Assembly: GCA_048938445.1 (NCBI GenBank)
Contig: JBHLME010000015.1
Coordinates: 1 to 49,634 of the forward strand
DNA from: Promethearchaeota archaeon
GTDB taxonomy: Archaea > Asgardarchaeota > Lokiarchaeia > Sigyniarchaeales > SOKP01
Direction: 5' to 3'
DNA: 49,634 bases
In this document: in pieces, positions 1 to 9,733 of the stretch
How positions within the stretch are numbered: position 1 is the first letter of the stretch
Layout of the letters: every line of letters begins with the position of its first letter
Notes under the pieces: model-generated
Seen by the model: the letters and a program-made list of their open reading frames with translations, nothing else
Told to the model about the DNA's origin: nothing
Database searches by the model: none
Program-made: the position numbers and the translations under genes

Positions 1-2
1 TT

Positions 3-209
3 AAAGATTGGCAAATCGATCATAGTAAAGATTTAAGTTCCATCGCGAACATGAGCCCTGAAAATCGAATACAAGCCCTTCTCCAAATAATTAACGTGCT
101 TGAAAAAACATTAATGAGAGTTTTAATTAGTAAAGAACACGAACCTCTTTTGGAAGAAGCAATGAAACAAGTGATAGTCGCATATAAACAACATTATGCA
201 AATAGATAA
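3..209 (+). CDS. 3' end of a gene truncated by the window edge (hypothetical, helical)
   Basis: Hand translation of frame 3 is open from 3 to TAA at 207-209 (KDWQIDHSKDLSSIANMSPENRIQ...YKQHYANR*), followed by T-tracts. Confidence 0.7.
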   Translation, partial: KDWQIDHSKDLSSIANMSPENRIQALLQIINVLEKTLMRVLISKEHEPLLEEAMKQVIVAYKQHYANR

Positions 210-248
210 TATTTCAGCTACATGTTATATTAGTAATCTAAATATAGA

Positions 249-271
249 TTTTTTTTTTTCCTTTTTTTTTT
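249..271 (+). terminator. Oligo-T tract, putative archaeal terminator
   Basis: T11-CC-T10 about 40 nt after the stop of the preceding ORF. Confidence 0.5.
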
Positions 272-461
272 AAGAATATTAAAATAATGGTCATTCTTTA
301 AAAAAAGACAAATGTATAAATATTCACATAACTGTTTATTTTTTTGAAATTCACTTATAATTAGGGTAAAATCAAATTTATAATAGAATCGATTATTTTC
401 TAAAATTCTTCAATATTTGACTTTTTCCTTAGTTTTATAGACACGAAGAGCATGAAATTTA

Positions 462-2753
462 ATGGATGAGCCCCAGATATTAAAGACAAGCAAACATCCT
501 CCAATTAAAGATACGAATCAACTTTTAAATGTCCTTTTTGATCAGTCTAATATCATGATTGCTCACTTAGATCCACAGTTTAATTTCATAAGGGTAAGCC
601 AAGCTTATGCAGATGCCGATGGAAGAATCCCTGAATTTTTTCCAGGCAAGAATCACTTTAGTTTATATCCTAACGAAGAAAATAAGAGAATATTTATAGA
701 GACAGTTGAAAAGGGAGAACCCTATTACGTGAAAGCAAAAGATTTTATATATGAAGAGCATCCTGAACGAGGAGAATCAGCTTGGGATTGGAGCTTGATA
801 CCAATTAAAGATGAGCTGGGGATCACCACGAGTTTGGTCCTTACCTTATATAATGTTACAATGAAAAAAAAAGCTGAAAAAGCTGAAAAAGCACTTCTGA
901 AAGAGAGATCTTTTACTGAAGTTGCCTTGAATGCTCAGATAGATATATTTTTCGTTTTTGAGCCATCAACAGGAAAAGCAATAAGATGGAATAAAGCTTT
1001 TAACGAAATTAGTGGATATAGTGATGAAGAAATATCGCAATTAAAAGCACCTGAAAGTTATTACAGTTTAGAAGAATTAGATCGTTTTAAAGAATCAACA
1101 AAAAAAATTCAAAAAGGAGAAACCACAGTTACAGAGGCACAATTTATAACTAAAGACGGTGCTTTGATACCCTTTGAATATGTCGCATCAGGAATTTTTG
1201 ATGAGGAGAATAAACTTAAGTATATAGTTACTATTGGGAGAAATATCATCGAACGTAAAGAATCAGAGCTTAAACTAAGGTCCGAAAGAGATAAACTGCA
1301 AAAAATAATCGAAGGTTTAACAAGTGCGGAAATTGGTATTGATATTATCGATTTGAAATATAAGATCATATTTCAAAATTCGTTTCTGAAGGAAAGATTT
1401 GGAGATATTTTAGGTGAGTGTTGTCATGTTAAATATATGAATTTAGAACAACCATGCGAATTTTGTCCAATGATAAAAGCTATTAAAAATAATAGGGTAG
1501 AACATGTTGAATTGAGTGGTGCTGATGGGAGAGATTATGAAATAATCTCCGCTCCACTAATAAATTTGGATGGCACTATAGATAAAGCAATTGAAGTTGT
1601 AATGGATATTACTGATCGTAAAAAAGCAGAAAAAAAAATAAGAGAATCTGAAGAAAAATATCGATACTTATTTGAAAAATCTTCAAATGCGATAGTTCTA
1701 CTCGACATAACGGGTAAGATTATAGATTGTAATTATGCAAGCGTGAGAATGTTTGGATATTCCTTACAAGAATTGATCGGTCAAAACTACTTGGAATTGC
1801 CTGTTTATTCGGAAAACATTATTTCTACATTAAAAAAGAGGTTTCAAATAATAGCTAAAAAGGGGGATTTAGAACCGCTAGAAACAGAAATTAAAAAAAA
1901 AGATGGATCTATTGCAACTACAAAAGCATCGATCTCCTATATAACAATTGCAGAACAAGATTATTTTCAAGCTATAATTGAAGACATAACCGAACGAAAA
2001 GAAGCTGAAAAATTAATTCTCGAGGAAAATAAGAAATTAATGGAATTTAACCAAATGAAGCAAGAATTACTTACACGTTTTTCCCATGAATTAAATACGC
2101 CAATAACTTCCATTTTTGGTGCCTCTCAAACAATGCTTGAATTATACAGAGAAATAATTCCTGAAGAAATGATGGATTTTGTTAAAATGATACATAGAGG
2201 AGGAATGAGGTTAAAAAACTTAACTGATAATTTAATAGATGCATTAAATATAGACTCAGAGAATTTGCAATTACAAATGGAAAATCATGATTTAATTTAT
2301 TATATAAATGATTACATCAATAATTTGAAATATTTCGCACATAACCGACAAATATTATTATTATCAACCTTGCCTAGCAAATTATTTTTAAATTTAGATA
2401 TTAGAAGGTTTAAGCAAGCATTTACAAATATTGTTTTAAATGCAATTAATAACACACCCTCAGGTGGAACTGTTTCCATAAATATTTTTGATGCTCAAGA
2501 ATTAATTGAAATAGAAATAAAAGACACGGGTATTGGATTGACTGAGAAAGAAAAAGGGAGATTATTTGAAAAATTTGGAAAGATAGAACGGTTTGGAAAG
2601 GGATATGATATATATACAGAAGGTCCTGGATTAGGTTTGTTCATTTCAAAACAAATTATTGAAGCACATGGAGGTCAAATACTTGTCTCATCTAAAGGAA
2701 GAAATCAAGGTTCTTTATTTACAATAAGGTTGCCAAAAAAAGAGATTTTATAA
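462..2753 (+). CDS. Cytoplasmic multi-PAS sensor histidine kinase
   Basis: About four PAS/PAC repeats ending in DIT-like motifs; H box FSHELNTPITSI, N box NIVLNAINNT, G1 DTGIG, F box LFEKF, G2 GPGLGL; no TM segments. Confidence 0.93.
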   Translation: MDEPQILKTSKHPPIKDTNQLLNVLFDQSNIMIAHLDPQFNFIRVSQAYADADGRIPEFFPGKNHFSLYPNEENKRIFIETVEKGEPYYVKAKDFIYEEHPERGESAWDWSLIPIKDELGITTSLVLTLYNVTMKKKAEKAEKALLKERSFTEVALNAQIDIFFVFEPSTGKAIRWNKAFNEISGYSDEEISQLKAPESYYSLEELDRFKESTKKIQKGETTVTEAQFITKDGALIPFEYVASGIFDEENKLKYIVTIGRNIIERKESELKLRSERDKLQKIIEGLTSAEIGIDIIDLKYKIIFQNSFLKERFGDILGECCHVKYMNLEQPCEFCPMIKAIKNNRVEHVELSGADGRDYEIISAPLINLDGTIDKAIEVVMDITDRKKAEKKIRESEEKYRYLFEKSSNAIVLLDITGKIIDCNYASVRMFGYSLQELIGQNYLELPVYSENIISTLKKRFQIIAKKGDLEPLETEIKKKDGSIATTKASISYITIAEQDYFQAIIEDITERKEAEKLILEENKKLMEFNQMKQELLTRFSHELNTPITSIFGASQTMLELYREIIPEEMMDFVKMIHRGGMRLKNLTDNLIDALNIDSENLQLQMENHDLIYYINDYINNLKYFAHNRQILLLSTLPSKLFLNLDIRRFKQAFTNIVLNAINNTPSGGTVSINIFDAQELIEIEIKDTGIGLTEKEKGRLFEKFGKIERFGKGYDIYTEGPGLGLFISKQIIEAHGGQILVSSKGRNQGSLFTIRLPKKEIL

Positions 2754-2765
2754 ACAATTTAAAAT

Positions 2766-4571
2766 CTAATTTTTAAGTTTTTTCATCTCATTAATGTATT
2801 TTAATGATTGATGCCGAAAATAAGTATTATAAAGACTGAAATATTTACCTTTTTTTGCTATTAATTCATCGTGGTTTCCTTCCTCCATTATTTTACCATG
2901 GTCTAAAACAATAATTCTATCAGCATGACGAACAGTCCAAAGTCTATGAGCAATAATAATTGAAGTGCGTTGGGCTACAGTTTTTTCAAGTGCTTCTTGA
3001 ATACGTGTTTCTGTAAAGGGATCAACCGATGCTGTTGCCTCATCTAGTATGAGAATAGAAGGATTTTCTAGTAAAACCCTAGCAAAAACTAATAATTGGC
3101 GTTGTCCCATAGAGAGAAGGTTTCCACGCTCTCTTATATAAGTATTTAATCCATTTGGTAATTGTTCAACCCAATCATATCCACCTGCTTTATTGAAGGC
3201 ATCAATTATTTCTTCTTTTGACACGTCTGAACAGCAATATTTGACATTATTTTCTATGGTATCTGCCCATAACATTGGTGTTTGCGAATTGATTCCTATT
3301 TGTTTCCTATATTCTTTAAGATTAAAGTTTCTAATGCTCACGTCATCTATTAAAATATCTCCTTCTTGAAATTCATAAAATCTTGCTATTAAATTTGCAA
3401 TTGTAGTTTTTCCTGCTCCAGTGTGACCTACTATAGCCAAGGTTTCTCCGGGATTAATTAGAAGATTAAAATTTTCAAATACCTTTTTCCCCTCTTCATA
3501 CTCAAAAGTAAGATTTCTAAATTCAATCTTACCTTTAAATCGAGATGGAATAAGATTATCTCTTTGAATAACTATAGGTTTAGCATCAATAAGTGAAAAT
3601 ATTCTCTCCGAAGATGATAATCCTGCTTGAAATTGAGGCCAAAATGCAGCAATAACGAGTAATGGGTAGACAAGTGTCCACAAGCTCTGTAAGAACAAAT
3701 AAAGATCTCCTGCTTTAATTTGATTTCCAATCATGCCAATTCCTCCAAAAAACATAATTAATGCCAGAACTACTCCTTGTATAATACCCAAAGAAGGAAA
3801 TATTGCATTTAAAACCCATGCTCGTCTTAAATTGACCCTATAAGATTGATCATTCACTTCTTTAAACCTATTAAATAATTTTTCTTCTTGACGGAAAGTT
3901 TTAGCTATTTGAATACCTTTTATAGTTTCTTTAACGAATTCATTTACTGTTGCTAATGCTCTTTGCCCTAATAGAGTTTTTTTTCTTGCCACTTTTCGAA
4001 AGAAAAAAGCAATAATGAAGAAGAGAGGAATAGTTAATAAAAAAATTAGTGATAAAATTATATTAACAAAGATCATAAAGATAAAAAGTAATCCGACCAT
4101 CAGAATAGATGATATAACTTGATTCGCTAAATCGACCATGTTACCAAAGTCTTGACTATCTGAATCAATTCTACTCACGATTTTTCCGATAGGGTATTTA
4201 TCAAAGAAAGAAAGGTCATGTTCTAAGACAGATGCTACCGCATCATTTCTAAGATCAAGCAACACGTTCCCAATCGCTTTAGCAGAATAATTCCAATTAT
4301 AATAATTGAAAACATAACTCAATAAATTCAAAATTAAAATAATAAAAAGTACAACAATTATACTGGTGATATCACGACTTATAATTATGGTATTAATAGC
4401 GAACGAAGAAAATACAAAAATTAGAGCACTCACGATTGAAGAGAGCGTGAGTACAAAAGTAACTATGCCCATCTCTTTTTTATATTTTAAGAAATAACCC
4501 ACTATTCTCTTTAAAAGATCAAGATCACTATATTTCCTATCATATTCTTCTGCTTCTAAACCGATAAACAC
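2766..4571 (-). CDS. ABC exporter half-transporter (TMD-NBD), heterodimer subunit B
   Basis: Multi-TM N-terminus; Walker A GHTGAGKT, non-canonical signature LSMGQRQ, Walker B ILILDEAT, H-loop IAHRL; GTG start 1 nt after the partner's stop. Confidence 0.93.
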   Translation of the reverse strand: MFIGLEAEEYDRKYSDLDLLKRIVGYFLKYKKEMGIVTFVLTLSSIVSALIFVFSSFAINTIIISRDITSIIVVLFIILILNLLSYVFNYYNWNYSAKAIGNVLLDLRNDAVASVLEHDLSFFDKYPIGKIVSRIDSDSQDFGNMVDLANQVISSILMVGLLFIFMIFVNIILSLIFLLTIPLFFIIAFFFRKVARKKTLLGQRALATVNEFVKETIKGIQIAKTFRQEEKLFNRFKEVNDQSYRVNLRRAWVLNAIFPSLGIIQGVVLALIMFFGGIGMIGNQIKAGDLYLFLQSLWTLVYPLLVIAAFWPQFQAGLSSSERIFSLIDAKPIVIQRDNLIPSRFKGKIEFRNLTFEYEEGKKVFENFNLLINPGETLAIVGHTGAGKTTIANLIARFYEFQEGDILIDDVSIRNFNLKEYRKQIGINSQTPMLWADTIENNVKYCCSDVSKEEIIDAFNKAGGYDWVEQLPNGLNTYIRERGNLLSMGQRQLLVFARVLLENPSILILDEATASVDPFTETRIQEALEKTVAQRTSIIIAHRLWTVRHADRIIVLDHGKIMEEGNHDELIAKKGKYFSLYNTYFRHQSLKYINEMKKLKN

Positions 4572-4572
4572 T

Positions 4573-6405
4573 CTATAAATCTCCCTCCTCTTTTAATAAT
4601 TCTTGCACTTTGACATCAAATCGTTTTACAAATATCTTTTGATATTCCTCTGAAGATTTTAATAGCTCTTCATGACTTCCTATCGCTTCAATATTTCCAT
4701 TTTTAAGAACAATAATTAAATCTGCCCAGCGAATCTGGCTCAAACGATGTGTAATGAGAATAGTCGTGCGGTCTTTCAGAATGTTATTAATCGCTTGCTG
4801 GATCTTATCTTCAGTTTCGGAGTCAATTGCGGATGTAGAATCGTCTAAAATAAGAATTTTTGGATTTGTAAGAAACGCTCTGGCAATAGCTACTCTCTGC
4901 CGTTCCCCACCACTTAATTGTACTCCTCGCTCGCCAATTTCTGATTGTAATCTATTTGGTAAATTGGATATAAAATCATAAGCTTGGGCTTGTTTTGCGA
5001 CTTTAATAATCTCCTCTTCTGAACTAAACCTCCCAAAAGTAATGTTTTCATAAATCGTTGTGGAAAATAAGAATATATCTTGTTCAATATAAGAAATTTG
5101 GCTTCTAAGGGACTTTAATGAATAATTTCGAATATCGACATCATCAATATAAATCGCACCTTCAGACACATCATATAACCTAGAAATTAATTTTGTCAAA
5201 GTAGATTTTCCTGAGCCTGTAGATCCAACTATAGCTAACGTGTTTCCAGGTTTAATTTCAAAAGAAATATTTTTTAAAACATAATTTTTATCGTCAGGAT
5301 ACTTGAATGATACATTCTCAAATCTTAACTTACCTTTGATATTCCTACTTAATCCATTAACATTCTCATCAATCTCTGTTTCTTTTTTTAAGATCTCTAA
5401 TAATCTGTCCGATGATGCTCTTGCTAATTTAACAATTGCAAAAATAAAAATTGAAATGTTTGTTGGAAAACGTAATTGAGTGAAAAGTCCCAAATAAGAG
5501 ATAATTTGTCCCACACCTAATACCCCTTGAATATTGAGGTTAATGGATTGCGCTAATCCGATCGTTAATGTTATTGCGAGAATCACTAAGGGAGTATATT
5601 TTGCCTGTGCTTTTCCCTCTCGAAGATATGCATCCTTATAATTCCCAGCATGGAAGAGATAATTTTGCAAACTTGATGTTTCTCGAGCTGTTGCTTTAAT
5701 TAATTCTATATTGGAAAGGTTTTCATTTAAAACATCGTTCATTTTACCGAATTCCGTGCGTAAGTCCATTGTAATTGGTCCAAGTTTATGTAAATAATTT
5801 CTTAATGCGAATATAAATAAAATCGTAAAAATTATAGGTGCAATTACTAATTCTAAAGGAAAGAAAATAATAATATAGATGATTGGGACAATGAGAGAGG
5901 TAAAGGATTCAAAAATTAATGAAATAGCAGGACTCATTAAAAAATTCAACATACGAACATCTTCTGTTGCCCGAGCCATTAATTCCCCCGTTTTTTGCTG
6001 CTCGTGGAATGATTGACTTTTACCTAATAAGTTTCCAGCAAATTCTTGTCGAGCTTCTTTTTCCATTCTTTGAGCAAGGATTTCTCTTAGCATAAAACTA
6101 CTTAATCTTATTAATGGTGCGAATATTCCTAAGATTAACATAATTAATGTATAGGAAAGTAGCGTGGAAATGTTCCCTTTAATAAAATCATTTATGGCTA
6201 AACCAACAACTATTAAAACCTGTGAATTAATAATAGCGGCTGAGATTGTTGTAAAAAAAACAATAAAAATGAGATATTTATTTTTTCCGCTGAAAATATG
6301 GGCTAAAATCCATCTAATTGGTGATTTTCTCGCTTTATAAAATTTATCCCATTCTGGAGAAAACTCGAGAAGGGGTGATTTTAATTCTGTATTTTGGGAA
6401 GTCAT
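4573..6405 (-). CDS. ABC exporter half-transporter (TMD-NBD), heterodimer subunit A
   Basis: Walker A GSTGSGKS, signature LSGGERQ, Walker B ILILDDST (catalytic Glu replaced by Asp), ITHRLS. Confidence 0.93.
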   Translation of the reverse strand: MTSQNTELKSPLLEFSPEWDKFYKARKSPIRWILAHIFSGKNKYLIFIVFFTTISAAIINSQVLIVVGLAINDFIKGNISTLLSYTLIMLILGIFAPLIRLSSFMLREILAQRMEKEARQEFAGNLLGKSQSFHEQQKTGELMARATEDVRMLNFLMSPAISLIFESFTSLIVPIIYIIIFFPLELVIAPIIFTILFIFALRNYLHKLGPITMDLRTEFGKMNDVLNENLSNIELIKATARETSSLQNYLFHAGNYKDAYLREGKAQAKYTPLVILAITLTIGLAQSINLNIQGVLGVGQIISYLGLFTQLRFPTNISIFIFAIVKLARASSDRLLEILKKETEIDENVNGLSRNIKGKLRFENVSFKYPDDKNYVLKNISFEIKPGNTLAIVGSTGSGKSTLTKLISRLYDVSEGAIYIDDVDIRNYSLKSLRSQISYIEQDIFLFSTTIYENITFGRFSSEEEIIKVAKQAQAYDFISNLPNRLQSEIGERGVQLSGGERQRVAIARAFLTNPKILILDDSTSAIDSETEDKIQQAINNILKDRTTILITHRLSQIRWADLIIVLKNGNIEAIGSHEELLKSSEEYQKIFVKRFDVKVQELLKEEGDL

Positions 6406-6678
6406 AATATTTTGCTCTATATAGACTTGATTATGTATTTAATTAATTTAAAATAAATAAAAAATAGAAATCTGTCTATTATATTTTATTAATAGTCGTA
6501 TTTATTTAGATAATTTAAAAACTAATATGTTCAATAATCTTTTAAATTATACATAATCATTTTATGATTTTTAAAAAAAGAAGCATAATCTATTTTTATA
6601 AAATTATTAGTGATTCAATTAAATTAAGGTTAGTAAAAATTTCTATAAATAGATATTAATTCTCAATTTTTCGAGGTG

Positions 6679-6963
6679 TTATTTCAAAAGATCAGCATTC
6701 TCTAAAATATATTGTTTGCCTATTGATCCTTGACTAATCCCTCCGTTTTCATCTGTAAAGGGATCGGGAATCATTTTTTCTTTCCTTAAAATCCCTTTAA
6801 CTTTTATTGATTTGTTAAATAAATCAGGAGACCATAATGACATCCCTTTTATATATATTGGCATATCATTAACAACTAAAACCGCTCCTCCCTTGGCATC
6901 TTTGGCAATGCCTACTAACGTCACTTGTTCACCCAATAATTCCTCAAGGTTTAATTCATTCAT
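6679..6963 (-). CDS. Small hypothetical beta-rich protein (possible OB-fold)
   Basis: 94-aa ORF with alternating beta patterns (QVTLVG, KSIKVKGILRK), isolated in AT-rich DNA. Confidence 0.65.
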   Translation of the reverse strand: MNELNLEELLGEQVTLVGIAKDAKGGAVLVVNDMPIYIKGMSLWSPDLFNKSIKVKGILRKEKMIPDPFTDENGGISQGSIGKQYILENADLLK

Positions 6964-7187
6964 TATACTATTGCATTATTATTGGCAACTTTATTAATCT
7001 TAGGATGATTAAAAATCATGATTATTTAATAAATATAACTGGGCTATATTAATATATGTGATCAATCTCTCTATAATATATGAACTTTTAAGATATATTC
7101 ATAAATTTTTTAAATCTAAGTTTCTATATGTAATATATATATTATTATAAAAATATAACTCGTAAAAATTGATAATGGATTGCCATA

Positions 7188-8516
7188 ATGATTCAGCAAG
7201 AGATAACACTATTTCCTGGCTGTATGATCTCTTATAGATTACCTTTTATAGAAGTTTCAGTTAGGAAGGTTTTAGAAGCTTTTGGAATTGATTTTTCAGA
7301 AAATCCCAAATTTTCATGCTGTCCTGAACCAAATGGAATTAAAAATTCTGATGAATTTATATATTCCATAACGGCTGCCCGAAACTTAGCTCTTGCTGAA
7401 ACAGAACATAGAAACATTCTCACACCTTGTAATGGTTGCTTTGAAACTCTAAAAGGTATAAGGAGTGAGATAAAAGTTGACAGTCATTTTCGTGATAAAA
7501 TAAATTCCTATCTCGAAAATATTGATTTAAAGGTAGAAGGAAAATCAGATGTATTTCATTTTGTAGAATTTATTCATAAATTAGGAAAAGATAATATTAA
7601 AGATAAAGTTGTTTATCCATTAAATGGATTGAGAGTTGCGGTTCATTATGGATGTCATTTTTTACGTCCCAGCAATAAAATTCAAATGGATGATCCCATG
7701 GAACCTCATATTTTTGATGCATTAATAGAAGACTTGGGAGCAACTAGTGTGGATTATGTTAGAAAAATGGATTGCTGCGGCGGAAGTCTTGCCCGTGCGG
7801 ATAATCCAGATTCTGGATTAGAAATGATACAAAATAAATTAGAGAACATGAAAGAAGTTAATATTGACGTAATTGTTGTTGGATGTCCTCAGTGTTTTAT
7901 TCAATTTGATCACTTACAGCAAGACTTAAAGAAAATTGATTATGATTATGATATTCCTGTTCTTTACTATTCCGAGTTATTATGCATTGCATTAGGTATT
8001 GACATTAGAAATATAATAAAAAAATTTCATCGCACGCCTGTCGATTCAGTATTCCAAAAAGTAGATGAAATTCACGAAAAACAAGAACTTATCAAAAATT
8101 ATTTTGATTTAAAATTTTTAAATGAATGTTATAAATGTGGTGCGTGTAATAATGACTGTCCCGTAGCGAAATTAACGGACTTTAATCCAAATAAAATTAT
8201 TGGAGACATACTAGAAGGGAAAATAGACGATGTCATAAAAGATCCAGCCATATGGAGCTGTTTAGATTGTTATGTCTGTTATGAACTTTGTCCAATGAGG
8301 ACGGGGTTAGTTGATGTTTTCACGACCTTACGGAATCTAGCAACAAAAAAAGGACACGTTTCTGAGGGTTTTAAAGGAGAATATAATTCCTTCCAAAAAA
8401 TGGGAACCGTAGCAATTTATTCTAAATCCGCAAGGTCGAGAGTTGGGCTAAAATCAAAAAAGCCCGATCTTGATGATTTAAAAAAACTATTAAAAAAAAT
8501 TGAAGAGGAAGGATAA
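7188..8516 (+). CDS. hdrBC: Heterodisulfide reductase B-C fusion (two CCG domains plus C-terminal 2x[4Fe-4S])
   Basis: GC..SCCP..PCNGC and GCH..DCCGG..GCPQC (HdrB CCG motifs), then CYKCGACNNDCP and CLDCYVCYELCP (HdrC). Confidence 0.88.
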   Translation: MIQQEITLFPGCMISYRLPFIEVSVRKVLEAFGIDFSENPKFSCCPEPNGIKNSDEFIYSITAARNLALAETEHRNILTPCNGCFETLKGIRSEIKVDSHFRDKINSYLENIDLKVEGKSDVFHFVEFIHKLGKDNIKDKVVYPLNGLRVAVHYGCHFLRPSNKIQMDDPMEPHIFDALIEDLGATSVDYVRKMDCCGGSLARADNPDSGLEMIQNKLENMKEVNIDVIVVGCPQCFIQFDHLQQDLKKIDYDYDIPVLYYSELLCIALGIDIRNIIKKFHRTPVDSVFQKVDEIHEKQELIKNYFDLKFLNECYKCGACNNDCPVAKLTDFNPNKIIGDILEGKIDDVIKDPAIWSCLDCYVCYELCPMRTGLVDVFTTLRNLATKKGHVSEGFKGEYNSFQKMGTVAIYSKSARSRVGLKSKKPDLDDLKKLLKKIEEEG

Positions 8517-8535
8517 ATAAAGAGGAAATAAAAAA

Positions 8536-9732
8536 ATGCATTGGGAAAATTACACTTCACTGCCAGAACAATTTCGAAATGAGAGAGTTTTTGATGGGTG
8601 CGGCATTGCAGGGCTTATTAATATTGATGGAACGAGAGAAGATGGCAAAAAAATCATTGATATGTTAACCATCTTAAATGATAGAGAGAATGGACTTGGA
8701 GCGGGTTTTGCGGCTTATGGGATTTATCCTGAACATAATGATTGTTATGCACTTCATTTCCTATTTGATGATGAACCTGCGAAATTAGATGTCTTAGATT
8801 ATCTTTCGGAAGTTGGATTTATCGTCCAATCTGAAACAATTCCAACTAAAGTGCCTCCAAATATTGATAATCCACCAATCACGTGGAGAACTTTCTTTCA
8901 TCCACAAGAGAAAAAAAACATTTCTGAAGATGAACAGGTTCTCAAAATTGTCATGAATATAAATGAAAATTTCGAAGGTGCTTTTGTAATGTCTTCGGGA
9001 AAGAATATGGGCGTATTCAAGGGAAATGGATGGTCCCATGAAATAGCAGAATATTACAAAATAAAAGATTATAAAGCCAACATGTGGTTAGCACATTCAA
9101 GATTTCCTACTAACACGCCCGGTTGGTGGGGAGGAGCGCATCCATTTAATCTGCTTAATACTAGTGTTGTTCATAATGGGGAAATCACGTCTTATGGGAC
9201 GAACATGAGGTATTTAGAATCCTTTGGGTATAAATGCACGTTAAGAACCGATACAGAAGTCATTGCTTATTTATTCGATTTATTATGTAGAAAACATAAA
9301 ATTCCGATAGAAATCGCAAGTATTGCTTTAGCCCCACCACTTTTCCAAGATATTGAGAGCCTTGAAAATAATTACAAAATTGCATTAAAAAATATAAGAG
9401 CAACATATCGATCAGCAATGCTAAATGGTCCATTTTCGATAGTTGTAGGAGTTGCTGATCCTGTCCCCACTATGATTGGATTAACTGATAGAAAAAAATT
9501 ACGACCATTAGTCGCAGGGATTTCTGACGATGAAAATACGGTTTATATGAGTAGTGAAGAAGCGTCATTCAAAAGATTAATGATTGATCCTAAAATCGAT
9601 TTTTCTCTTAAAGAAATATGGCATCCGAAAAGTGGGACGGCAATTGTTGCTAAAATGGGGCAAGGTTTGCTAAGAAATGGATTGGAAAAACCACTTGAAA
9701 ATATCAAATTAACAGTTAAGGGGGTCATTTAA
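8536..9732 (+). CDS. gltB1: Glutamate synthase glutamine amidotransferase subunit (Ntn/class II)
   Basis: DG|CGIAG with nucleophile Cys22 after a short propeptide; GLGAG, AHSRFPTNT, HPF, VHNGEI, TDTE, DRKKLRP. Confidence 0.9.
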   Translation: MHWENYTSLPEQFRNERVFDGCGIAGLINIDGTREDGKKIIDMLTILNDRENGLGAGFAAYGIYPEHNDCYALHFLFDDEPAKLDVLDYLSEVGFIVQSETIPTKVPPNIDNPPITWRTFFHPQEKKNISEDEQVLKIVMNINENFEGAFVMSSGKNMGVFKGNGWSHEIAEYYKIKDYKANMWLAHSRFPTNTPGWWGGAHPFNLLNTSVVHNGEITSYGTNMRYLESFGYKCTLRTDTEVIAYLFDLLCRKHKIPIEIASIALAPPLFQDIESLENNYKIALKNIRATYRSAMLNGPFSIVVGVADPVPTMIGLTDRKKLRPLVAGISDDENTVYMSSEEASFKRLMIDPKIDFSLKEIWHPKSGTAIVAKMGQGLLRNGLEKPLENIKLTVKGVI

Positions 9733-9733
9733 A

